Made by a program: the position numbers and the translations under genes. From assembly GCA_964016885.1 (NCBI GenBank), contig OZ024743.1, positions 95,852,001 through 95,916,000 on the forward strand: a stretch of DNA of 64,000 nt. Direction: 5' to 3'. This DNA is from Eledone cirrhosa (taxonomy: Eukaryota). The notes under the pieces are model-generated. The model was not told where the DNA came from. It did no database searches and saw only the letters and a list, made by a program, of their open reading frames with translations. How positions within the stretch are numbered: position 1 is the first letter of the stretch; each line of letters starts with the position of its first letter. Positions 36,701-48,900 of the stretch are shown in pieces.

Positions 36701-39479
36701 AAAGGTATAGGAAGAGATAAAGATTGAAGGAAGGGAAAGGCGTAGGAAGAGATAGAGAAGGAAGGAATAGAAAGGCGTAGGAAGAGATAGAGAAGGAAGG
36801 AATAGAAAGGAGTAGGAAGAGATAGAGAAGGAAGGAATAGAAAGGCGTAGGAAGAGATAGAGAATGAAGGAATAGAAAGGTGTAGGAAGAGATAAAGAAG
36901 GAGGGAAGGGAGAGGCGTAGGAAGAGATAGAGAAGGAGGAATAGAAAGGCGTAGGAAGATATAGAGAAGGAAGGAATGGAAAGGTGTAGGAAGAGTTAGA
37001 GAAGGAAGGAATGGAAAGGCGTAGGAAGAGATAGAGAAGGAAGGAATAGAAAGGTGTAGGAAGAGATAGAGAAGGAAGGAACGGAAAGGCGTAGGAAAAG
37101 ATAGAGAAGGAAGGAATAGAAAGGTGTAGGAAGAGATAGAGAAGGAAGGAATGGAAAGGTGTAGGAAGAGATAGAGAAGGAAGGAATAGAAAGGCTTAGG
37201 ATGAGATAGAGAAGGAGGAATAGAAAGGCGTAGGAGGAGATAGAGAAGGAAGGAATATAAAGGCTTAGGATGAGATAGAGAAGGAAGGAATAGAACAGCG
37301 TAGGAAGAGATAGAGAAGGAAGGAATAGAAAGGCGTAGGAAGAGATAGAGAAGGAAGTAATGGAAAGGCGTAGGAAGAGATAGAGAAGGAAGGAATGGAA
37401 AGGTGTAGGAAGAGATAGAGAAGGAAGGAATGGCAAGGCGTAGGAAGAGATAGAGGAGGAAGGAATAGAAAGGTGTAGGAAGAGATAGAGAAGGAAGGAA
37501 TGGAAAGGTGTAGGAAGAGATAGAGAAGGAAGTAATGGAAAGGCGTAGGAAGAGATAGAGAAGGAGGAATAGAAAGGCGTAGGAAGAGATAGAGAAGGAG
37601 GGAATGGAAAGGTGTAGGAAGAGATAGAGAAGGAAGGAATGGAAAGGCGTAGGAAGAGATAGAGAAGGAGGAATAGAAAGGCGTAGGAAGAGATAGAGAA
37701 GGAAGGAATGGAAAGGCGTAGGAAGAGATAGAGAAGGAGGAATAGAAAGGCGTAGGAAGAGATAGAGAAGGAAGGAATGGAAAGGTGTAGGAAGAGTTAG
37801 AGAAGGAAGGAATGGAAAGGCGTAGGAAGAGATAGAGAAGGAAGGAATGGAAAGGCGTAGGAAGAGATAGAGTAGGAGGAATAGAAAGGCGTAGGAAGAG
37901 ATAGAGAAGGAAGGAATAGAAAGGCGTAGGAAGAGATAGAGAAGGAAGGAATAGAACAGTGTAGGAAGAGATAGAGAAGGAAGGAATAGAAAGGCGTAGG
38001 AAGAGATAGAGAAGGAAGGAATAGAAAGGCGTAGGAAGAGATAGAGAAGGAGGAATAGAAAGGCGTAGGAAGAGATAGAGAAGGAGGAATAGAAAGGCGT
38101 AGGAAGAGATAGAGAAGGAAGGAATGGAAAGGCGTAGGAAGTGATAGAGAAGGAAGGAATAGAACTGCCTAGGAAGAGATAGAGAAGGAAGGAATAGGAA
38201 AACGTAGGAAGAGATATAGAAGGAATGAATGGAAAGGCATAGGAAGAGATAGAGAAGGAAGGAATAGAAAGGCGTAGGAAGAGATAGAGAAGCAAGGAAT
38301 GGAAAGGCGTAGGAAGAGATAGAGAAGGAAGGAATGGAAAGGCATAGGAAGAGATAGAGAAGGAAGGAATGGAAAGGCGTAGGAAGTGATAGAGAAGGAA
38401 GGAATAGAAAGGCGTAGGAAGATATATAGAAGGAATGAATGGAAAGGCGTAGGAAGAGATAGAGAAGGAAGGAATAGAAAGGCGTAGGAAGAGATAGAGA
38501 AGCAAGGAATGGAAAGGCGTAGGAAGAGATAGAGAAGGAAGGAATGGAAAGGCATAGGAAGAGATAGAGAAGGAAGGAATGGAAAGGCGTAGGAAGTGAT
38601 AGAGAAGGAAGGAATAGAAAGGCGTAGGAAGAGATAGAGAAGCAAGGAAGGGAAAGGCATAGGAAGAGATAGAGAAGGAAGGAATAGAAAGGCTTAGGAA
38701 GAGATAGAGAAGGAAGGAATAGAAAGGCGTAGGAAGAGATAGAGAAGGAAGGAATAGAAAGGTGTAGGAAGAGATAGAGAAGGAGGAATAGAAAGGCGTA
38801 GGAAGAGATAGAGAAGGAAGGAATAGAAAGGCGTAGGAAGAGATAGAGAAAGAAGGAATGGAAAGGCGTAGGAAGAGATAGAGAAGGAGGAATAGAAAGG
38901 CGTAGGAAGAGATAGAGAAGCAAGGAAGGGAAAGGCATAGGAAGAGATAGAGAAGGAAGGAATAGAAAGGCTTAGGAAGAGATAGAGAAGGAAGGAATGG
39001 AAAGGCTTAGGAAGAGATAGAGAAGGAAGGAATAGAAAGGTGTAGGAAGAGATAAAGAAGGAAGGAATGGAAAGGCGTAGGAAGAGATAGAGAAGGAGGA
39101 ATAGAAAGGCGTAGGAAGAGATAGAGAAGGAAGGAATAGAAAGGCGTAGGAAGAGATAGAGAAGGAAGGAATAGAAAGGTGTAGGAAGAGATAGAGAAGG
39201 AGGAATAGAAAGGCGTAGGAAGATATAGAGAAGGAAGGAATAGAAAGGTGTAGGAAGAGATAGAGAAAGAAGGAATGGAAAGGCGTAGGAAGAGATAGAG
39301 AAGGAGGAATAGAAAGGTGTAGGAAGAGATAGAGAAGGAAGTAATGGAAAGGTGTAGGAAGAGATAGAGAAGGAAGGAATGGAAAGGCGTAGGAAGAGAT
39401 AGAGAAGGAGGAATAGAAAGGCGTAGGAAGAGATAGAGAAGGAAGGAATGGAAAGGCGTAGGAAGAGACATAGAAGGAG

Positions 39480-42400
39480 GAATAGAAAGGCGTAGGAAGA
39501 GATAGAGAAGCAAGGAATGGAAAGGCTTAGGAAGAGATAGAGAAGGAAGGAATGGAAAGGCATAGGAAGAGATAGAGAAGGAAGGAATGGAAAGGCGTAG
39601 GAAGTGATAGAGGAGGAAGGAATAGAAAGGCGTAGGAAGAGATAGAGAAGCAAGGAAGGGAAAGGCATAGGAAGAGATAGAGAAGGAAGGAATAGAAAGG
39701 CGTAGGAAGAGATAGAGAAGGAAGGAATAGAAAGGCGTAGGAAGAGATAGAGAAGGAAGGAATAGAAAGGTGTAGGAAGAGATAGAGAAGGAGGAATAGA
39801 AAGGCGTAGGAAGATATAGAGAAGGAAGGAATAGAAAGGCGTAGGAAGAGATAGAGAAAGAAGGAATGGAAAGGCGTAGGAAGAGATAGAGAAGGAGGAA
39901 TAGAAAGGCGTAGGAAGAGATAGAGAAGCAAGGAATGGAAAGGCTTAGAAAGAGATAGAGAAGGAAGGAATAGAAAGGCGTAGGAAGAGATAGAGAAGGA
40001 AGGAATGGAAAGGTGTAGGAAGAGATAGAGAAGGAAGGAATAGAAAGGTGTAGGAAGAGATAGAGAAGGAAGGAATGGAAAGGCTTAGGAAGAGATAGAG
40101 AAGGAAGGAATAGAAAGGTGTAGGAAGAGATAGAGAAGGAAGGAATGGAAAGGCGTAGGAAGAGATAGAGAAGGAGGAAGAGAAAGGCGTAGGAAGAGAT
40201 AGTGAAGGAAGGAATGAAAAGGCATAGGAAGAGATAGAGAAGGAAGGAATGGAAAGGCGTAGGAAGTGATAGAGAAGGAAGGAATAGAAAGGCGTAGGAA
40301 GAGATAGAGTAGGAGGAATAGAAAGGCGTAGGAAGAGATAGAGAAGGAAGGAATAGAACAGTGTAGGAAAAGATAGAGAAGGAAGGAATAGAAAGGCGTA
40401 GGAAGAGATAGAGAAGGAAGGAATAGAAAGGCGTAGGAAGAGATAGAGAAGGAAGGAATGGAAAGGCGTAGGAAGTGATAGAGAAGGAAGTAATAGAACT
40501 GCGTAGGAAGAGATAGAGAAGGAAGGAATAGAAAGACGTAGGAAGAGATAGAGAAGGAAGGAATAGAAAGGTGTAGGAAGTGATAGAGAAGGAAGGAATA
40601 GAAAGGCGTAGGAAGAGATAGAGAATGAAGGAATAGAAAGGTGTAGGAAGAGATAGAGAAGGAAGGAATGGAAAGGCGTAGGAAGAGATAGAGAAGGAAT
40701 TAATAGAAAGGCGTAGGAAGAGATAGAGAAGGAGGAATAGAAAGGCGTAGGAAGAGATAGAGAAGGAGGAATAGAAAGGCGTAGGAAGAGATAGAGAAGG
40801 AAGGAATAGAAAGGCGTAGGAAGAGATAGAGAAAGAAGGAATGGAAAGGCGTAGGAAGAGATAGAGAAGGAGGAATAGAAAGGCGTAGGAAGAGATAGAG
40901 AAGCAAGGAATGGAAAGGCTTAGAAAGAGATAGAGAAGGAAGGAATAGAAAGGCGTAGGAAGAGATAGAGAAGGAAGGAATGGAAAGGTGTAGGAAGAGA
41001 TAGAGAAGGAAGGAATAGAAAGGTGTAGGAAGAGATAGAGAAGGAAGGAATAGAAAGGTGTAGGAAGAGATAGAGAAGGAAGGAATAGAAAGGCGTAGGA
41101 AGAGATAGAGAAGGAGGAATAGAAAGGTGTAGGAAGAGATAGAGAAGGAAGGAATAGAAAGGTGTAGGAAGAGATAGAGAAGGAGGAATAGAAAGGCGTA
41201 GGAAGAGATAGAGAAGGAGGAATAGAAAGGCGTAGGAAGAGATAGAGAAGGAAGGAATGGAAAGGCGTAGGAAGTGATAGAGAAGGAAGGAATGGAAAGG
41301 CGTAGGAAGTGATAGAGAAGGAAGTAATAGAACAGTGTAGGAAGAGATAGAGAAGGAAGGAATAGAAAGGCGTAGGAAGAGATAGAGAAGGAAGGAATAG
41401 AAAGGCGTAGGAAGAGATAGAGAAGGAGGAATAGAAAGGCGTAGGAAGAGATAGAGAAGGAGGAATAGAAAGGCGTAGGAAGAGATAGAGAAGCAAGGAA
41501 TGGAAAGGCGTAGGAAGAGATAGAGAAGGAAGGAATGGAAAGGCATAGGAAGAGATAGAGAAGGAAGGAATAGAAAGGCGTAGGAAGAGATAGAGAAGCA
41601 AGGAATGGAAAGGCTTAGGAAGAGATAGAGAAGGAAGGAATGGAAAGGCATAGGAAGAGATAGAGAAGGAAGGAATGGAAAGGCGTAGGAAGTGATAGAG
41701 GAGGAAGGAATAGAAAGGCGTAGGAAGAGATAGAGAAGCAAGGAAGGGAAAGGCATAGGAAGAGATAGAGAAGGAAGGAATAGAAAGGCGTAGGAAGAGA
41801 TAGAGAAGGAAGGAATAGAAAGGCGTAGGAAGAGATAGAGAAGGAAGGAATAGAAAGGCGTAGGAAGAGATAGAGAAGGAGGAATAGAAAGGCGTAGGAA
41901 GATATAGAGAAGGAAGGAATAGAAAGGCGTAGGAAGAGATAGAGAAAGAAGGAATGGAAAGGCGTAGGAAGAGATAGAGAAGGAGGAATAGAAAGGCGTA
42001 GGAAGAGATAGAGAAGCAAGGAATGGAAAGGCTTAGAAAGAGATAGAGAAGGAAGGAATAGAAAGGCGTAGGAAGAGATAGAGAAGGAAGGAATGGAAAG
42101 GTGTAGGAAGAGATAGAGAAGGAAGGAATAGAAAGGTGTAGGAAGAGATAGAGAAGGAAGGAATGGAAAGGCTTAGGAAGAGATAGAGAAGGAAGGAATA
42201 GAAAGGTGTAGGAAGAGATAGAGAAGGAAGGAATGGAAAGGCGTAGGAAGAGATAGAGAAGGAGGAAGAGAAAGGCGTAGGAAGAGATAGTGAAGGAAGG
42301 AATGAAAAGGCATAGGAAGAGATAGAGAAGGAAGGAATGGAAAGGCGTAGGAAGTGATAGAGAAGGAAGGAATAGAAAGGCGTAGGAAGAGATAGAGTAG

Positions 42401-42900
42401 GAGGAATAGAAAGGCGTAGGAAGAGATAGAGAAGGAAGGAATAGAACAGTGTAGGAAAAGATAGAGAAGGAAGGAATAGAAAGGCGTAGGAAGAGATAGA
42501 GAAGGAAGGAATAGAAAGGCGTAGGAAGAGATAGAGAAGGAAGGAATGGAAAGGCGTAGGAAGTGATAGAGAAGGATGTAATAGAACTGCGTAGGAAGAG
42601 ATAGAGAAGGAAGGAATAGAAAGACGTAGGAAGAGATAGAGAAGGAAGGAATAGAAAGGTGTAGGAAGTGATAGAGAAGGAAGGAATAGAAAGGCGTAGG
42701 AAGAGATAGAGAATGAAGGAATAGAAAGGTGTAGGAAGAGATAGAGAAGGAAGGAATGGAAAGGCGTAGGAAGAGATAGAGAAGGAATTAATAGAAAGGC
42801 GTAGGAAGAGATAGAGAAGGAGGAATAGAAAGGCGTAGGAAGAGATAGAGAAGGAGGAATAGAAAGGCGTAGGAAGAGATAGAGAAGGAAGGAATGGAAA
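39480..42900 (+). repeat. 2088-bp-offset duplication, with further partial copies at about 46.3-48.4 kb (1011-bp period)
   Basis: Marker GGAAGAGAAAGG followed by ATAGTGAAGG and ATGAAAAGGCAT near 40180, 42268, 46934 and 47945. GGAATTAATAG near 40700 and 42788. ORF pair 39527..39931 and 41615..42019. Confidence 0.88.
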
Positions 42901-45900
42901 GGCCTAGGAAGTGATAGAGAAGGAAGTAATAGAACTGCCTAGGAAGAGATAGAGAAGGAAGGAATAGGAAAATGTAGGAAGAGATAGAGAAGGAAGGAAT
43001 AGAAAGGCGTAGGAAGAGATAGAGAAGCAAGGAATGGAAAGGCGTAGGAAGAGATAGAGAAGGAAGGAATGGAAAGGCATAGGAAGAGATAGAGAAGGAG
43101 GAATAGAAAGGCGTAGGAAGAGATAGAGAAGCAAGGAATGGAAAGGCTTAGAAAGAGATAGAGAAGGAAGGAATAGAAAGGCGTAGGAAGAGATAGAGAA
43201 GGAAGGAATGGAAAGGTGTAGGAAGAGATAGAGAAGGAAGGAATAGAAAGGTGTAGGAAGAGATAGAGAAGGAAGGAATAGAAAGGTGTAGGAAGAGATA
43301 GAGAAGGAAGGAATGGAAAGGCGTAGGAAGAGATAGAGAAGGAGGAATAGAAAGGCGTAGGAAGAGATAGAGAAGCAAGGAATGGAAAGGCTTAGAAAGA
43401 GATACAGAAGGAAGGAATAGAAAGGCGTAGGAAGAGATAGAGAAGGAAGGAATGGAAAGGTGTAGGAAGAGATAGAGAAGGAAGGAATAGAAAGGTGTAG
43501 GAAGAGATAGAGAAGGAAGGAATAGAAAGGTGTAGGAAGAGATAGAGAAGGAAGGAATGGAAAGGCGTAGGAAGAGATAGAGAAGGAGGAATAGAAAGGC
43601 GTAGGAAGAGATAGAGAAGGAGGAATAGAAAGGCGTAGGAAGAGATAGAGAAGGAGGAATAGAAAGGCGTAGGAAGAGATAGAGAAGGAGGAATAGAAAG
43701 GCGTAGGAAGAGATAGAGAAGGAAGGAATAGGAAAACGTAGGAAGAGATAGAGAAGGAAGGAATGGAAAGGTGTAGGAAGAGATAGAGAAGGAAGGAATA
43801 GAAAGGTGTAGGAAGAGATAGAGAAGGAATGAATGGAAAGGCATAGGAAGAGATAGAGAAGGAAGGAATAGAAAGGCGTAGGAAGAGATAGAGAAGCAAG
43901 GAATGGAAAGGCGTAGGAAGAGATAGAGAAGGAAGGAATGGAAAGGCATAGGAAGAGATAGAGAAGGAGGAATAGAAAGGCGTAGGAAGAGATAGAGAAG
44001 GAAGGAATAGAAAGGCGTAGGAAGAGATAGAGAAAGAAGGAATGGAAAGGCGTAGGAAGAAATAGAGAAGGAGGAATAGAAAGGCGTAGGAAGAGATAGA
44101 GAAGCAAGGAATGGAAAGGCTTAGAAAGAGATAGAGAAGGAAGGAATAGAAAGGCGTAGGAAGAGATAGAGAAGGAAGGAATGGAAAGGTGTAGGAAGAG
44201 ATAGAGAAGGAAGGAATAGAAAGGTGTAGGAAGAGATAGAGAAGGAAGGAATAGAAAGGTGTAGGAAGAGATAGAGAAGGAAGGAATAGAAAGGCGTAGG
44301 AAGAGATAGAGAAGGAGGAATAGAAAGGTGTAGGAAGAGATAGAGAAGGAAGGAATAGAAAGGTGTAGGAAGAGATAGAGAATGAGGAATAGAAAGGCGT
44401 AGGAAGAGATAGAGAAGGAGGAATAGAAAGGCGTAGGAAGAGATAGAGAAGGAAGGAATGGAAAGGCGTAGGAAGTGATAGAGAAGGAAGGAATGGAAAG
44501 GCGTAGGAAGTGATAGAGAAGGAAGTAATAGAACAGTGTAGGAAGAGATAGAGAAGGAAGGAATAGAAAGGCGTAGGAAGAGATAGAGAAGGAAGGAATA
44601 GAAAGGCGTAGGAAGAGATAGAGAAGGAGGAATAGAAAGGCGTAGGAAGAGATAGAGAAGGAGGAATAGAAAGGCGTAGGAAGAGATAGAGAAGGAAGGA
44701 ATGGAAAGGCGTAGGAAGTGATAGAGAAGGAAGTAATAGAACTGCCTAGGAAGAGATAGAGAAGGAAGGAATAGGAAAACGTAGGAAGAGATATAGAAGG
44801 AATGAATGGAAAGGCATAGGAAGAGATAGAGAAGGAAGGAATAGAAAGGCGTAGGAAGAGATAGAGAAGCAAGGAATGGAAAGGCGTAGGAAGAGATAGA
44901 GAAGGAAGGAATGGAAAGGCATAGGAAGAGATAGAGAAGGAAGGAATGGAAAGGCGTAGGAAGTGATAGAGAAGGAAGGAATAGAAAGGCGTAGGAAGAT
45001 ATATAGAAGGAATGAATGGAAAGGCGTAGGAAGAGATAGAGAAGGAAGGAATAGAAAGGCGTAGGAAGAGATAGAGAAGCAAGGAATGGAAAGGCGTAGG
45101 AAGAGATAGAGAAGGAAGGAATGGAAAGGCATAGGAAGAGATAGAGAAGGAAGGAATGGAAAGGCGTAGGAAGTGATAGAGAAGGAAGGAATAGAAAGGC
45201 GTAGGAAGAGATAGAGAAGCAAGGAAGGGAAAGGCATAGGAAGAGATAGAGAAGGAAGGAATAGAAAGGCTTAGGAAGAGATAGAGAAGGAAGGAATAGA
45301 AAGGCGTAGGAAGAGATAGAGAAGGAAGGAATAGAAAGGTGTAGGAAGAGATAGAGAAGGAGGAATAGAAAGGCGTAGGAAGAGATAGAGAAGGAAGGAA
45401 TAGAAAGGCGTAGGAAGAGATAGAGAAAGAAGGAATGGAAAGGCGTAGGAAGAGATAGAGAAGGAGGAATAGAAAGGCGTAGGAAGAGATAGAGAAGCAA
45501 GGAAGGGAAAGGCATAGGAAGAGATAGAGAAGGAAGGAATAGAAAGGCTTAGGAAGAGATAGAGAAGCAAGGAATGGAAAGGCTTAGAAAGAGATAGAGA
45601 AGGAAGGAATAGAAAGGCGTAGGAAGAGATAGAGAAGGAAGGAATGGAAAGGCATAGGAAGAGATAGAGAAGGAAGGAATGGAAAGGCGTAGGAAGTGAT
45701 AGAGAAGGAAGGAATAGAAAGGCGTAGGAAGATATATAGAAGGAATGAATGGAAAGGCGTAGGAAGAGATAGAGAAGGAAGGAATAGAAAGGCGTAGGAA
45801 GAGATAGAGAAGCAAGGAATGGAAAGGCTTAGAAAGAGATAGAGAAGGAAGGAATAGAAAGGCGTAGGAAGAGATAGAGAAGGAAGGAATGGAAAGGCTT

Positions 45901-48900
45901 AGGAAGAGATAGAGAAGGAAGGAATAGAAAGGTGTAGGAAGAGATAAAGAAGGAAGGAATGGAAAGGCGTAGGAAGAGATAGAGAAGGAGGAATAGAAAG
46001 GCGTAGGAAGAGATAGTGAAGGAAGGAATGGAAAGGTGTAGGAAGAGATAGAGAATGAAGGAATGGAAAGGTGTAGGAAGAGATAGAGAAGGAAGTAATG
46101 GAAAGGTGTAGGAAGAGATAGAGAAGGAAGGAATGGAAAGGCGTAGGAAGAGATAGAGAAGGAGGAATAGAAAGGCGTAGGAAGAGATAGAGAAGGAAGG
46201 AATGGAAAGGCGTAGGAAGAGACATAGAAGGAGGAATAGAAAGGCGTAGGAAGAGATAGAGAAGCAAGGAATGGAAAGGCTTAGGAAGAGATAGAGAAGG
46301 AAGGAATGAAAAGGCATAGGAAGAGATAGAGAAGGAAGGAATGGAAAGGCGTAGGAAGTGATAGAGGAGGAAGGAATAGAAAGGCGTAGGAAGAGATAGA
46401 GAAGCAAGGAAGGGAAAGGCATAGGAAGAGATAGAGAAGGAAGGAATAGAAAGGCGTAGGAAGAGATAGAGAAGGAAGGAATAGAAAGGCGTAGGAAGAG
46501 ATAGAGAAGGAAGGAATAGAAAGGTGTAGGAAGAGATAGAGAAGGAGGAATAGAAAGGCGTAGGAAGATATAGAGAAGGAAGGAATAGAAAGGCGTAGGA
46601 AGAGATAGAGAAAGAAGGAATGGAAAGGCGTAGGAAGAGATAGAGAAGGAGGAATAGAAAGGCGTAGGAAGAGATAGAGAAGCAAGGAATGGAAAGGCTT
46701 AGAAAGAGATAGAGAAGGAAGGAATAGAAAGGCGTAGGAAGAGATAGAGAAGGAAGGAATGGAAAGGTGTAGGAAGAGATAGAGAAGGAAGGAATAGAAA
46801 GGTGTAGGAAGAGATAGAGAAGGAAGGAATGGAAAGGCTTAGGAAGAGATAGAGAAGGAAGGAATAGAAAGGTGTAGGAAGAGATAGAGAAGGAAGGAAT
46901 GGAAAGGCGTAGGAAGAGATAGAGAAGGAGGAAGAGAAAGGCGTAGGAAGAGATAGTGAAGGAAGGAATGAAAAGGCATAGGAAGAGATAGAGAAGGAAG
47001 GAATGGAAAGGCGTAGGAAGTGATAGAGAAGGAAGGAATAGAAAGGCGTAGGAAGAGATAGAGTAGGAGGAATAGAAAGGCGTAGGAAGAGATAGAGAAG
47101 GAAGGAATAGAACAGTGTAGGAAAAGATAGAGAAGGAAGGAATAGAAAGGCGTAGGAAGAGATAGAGAAGGAAGGAATAGAAAGGCGTAGGAAGAGATAG
47201 AGAAGGAAGGAATAGAAAGGCGTAGGAAGTGATAGAGAAGGAAGTAATAGAACTGCGTAGGAAGAGATAGAGAAGGAAGGAATAGAAAGACGTAGGAAGA
47301 GATAGAGAAGGAAGGAATAGAAAGGTGTAGGAAGTGATAGAGAAGGAAGGAATAGAAAGGCGTAGGAAGAGATAGAGAATGAAGGAATAGAAAGGTGTAG
47401 GAAGAGATAGAGAAGGAAGGAATGGAAAGGCGTAGGAAGAGATAGAGAAGGAAGGAATAGAAAGGCGTAGGAAGAGATAGAGAAGGAAGGAATAGAAAGG
47501 CGTAGGAAGAGATAGAGAAGGAAGGAATAGAAAGGTGTAGGAAGAGATAGAGAAGGAGGAATAGAAAGGCGTAGGAAGATATAGAGAAGGAAGGAATAGA
47601 AAGGCGTAGGAAGAGATAGAGAAAGAAGGAATGGAAAGGCGTAGGAAGAGATAGAGAAGGAGGAATAGAAAGGCGTAGGAAGAGATAGAGAAGCAAGGAA
47701 TGGAAAGGCTTAGAAAGAGATAGAGAAGGAAGGAATAGAAAGGCGTAGGAAGAGATAGAGAAGGAAGGAATGGAAAGGTGTAGGAAGAGATAGAGAAGGA
47801 AGGAATAGAAAGGTGTAGGAAGAGATAGAGAAGGAAGGAATGGAAAGGCTTAGGAAGAGATAGAGAAGGAAGGAATAGAAAGGTGTAGGAAGAGATAGAG
47901 AAGGAAGGAATGGAAAGGCGTAGGAAGAGATAGAGAAGGAGGAAGAGAAAGGCGTAGGAAGAGATAGTGAAGGAAGGAATGAAAAGGCATAGGAAGAGAT
48001 AGAGAAGGAAGGAATGGAAAGGCGTAGGAAGTGATAGAGAAGGAAGGAATAGAAAGGCGTAGGAAGAGATAGAGTAGGAGGAATAGAAAGGCGTAGGAAG
48101 AGATAGAGAGGGAAGGAATAGAACAGTGTAGGAAAAGATAGAGAAGGAAGGAATAGAAAGGCGTAGGAAGAGATAGAGAAGGAAGGAATAGAAAGGCGTA
48201 GGAAGAGATAGAGAAGGAAGGAATAGAAAGGCGTAGGAAGTGATAGAGAAGGAAGTAATAGAACTGCGTAGGAAGAGATAGAGAAGGAAGGAATAGAAAG
48301 ACGTAGGAAGAGATAGAGAAGGAAGGAATAGAAAGGTGTAGGAAGTGATAGAGAAGGAAGGAATAGAAAGGCGTAGGAAGAGATAGAGAATGAAGGAATA
48401 GAAAGGTGTAGGAAGAGATAGAGAAGGAAGGAATGGAAAGGCGTAGGAAGAGATAGAGAATGAAGGAATAGAAAGGCGTAGGAAGAGATAGAGAAGGAAG
48501 GAATAGAAAGGCGTAGGAAGTGATAGAGAAGGAAGGAATGGAAAGGCCTAGGAAGTGATAGAGAAGGAAGTAATAGAAAGGCGTAGGAAGAGATAGAGAA
48601 GGAAGTAATAGAAAGGCGTAGGAAGAGATAGAGAAGGAAGGTATAGAAAGGTGCAGGAAGAGATAGAGAAGGAAGGAATAGAAAGGCGTAGGAAGAGATA
48701 GAGAAGGAGGAATAGAAAGGTGTAGGAAGAGATAGAGAAGGAGGAATAGAAAGGCGTAGGAAGAGATAGAGAAGGAAGGAATAGAAAGGTGTAGGAAGAG
48801 ATAGAGAAGGAAGTAATAGAACTGCCTAGGAAGAGATAGAGAAGGAAGGAATAGGAAAATGTAGGAAGAGATATAGAAGGAAGTAATGGAAAGGCGTAGG

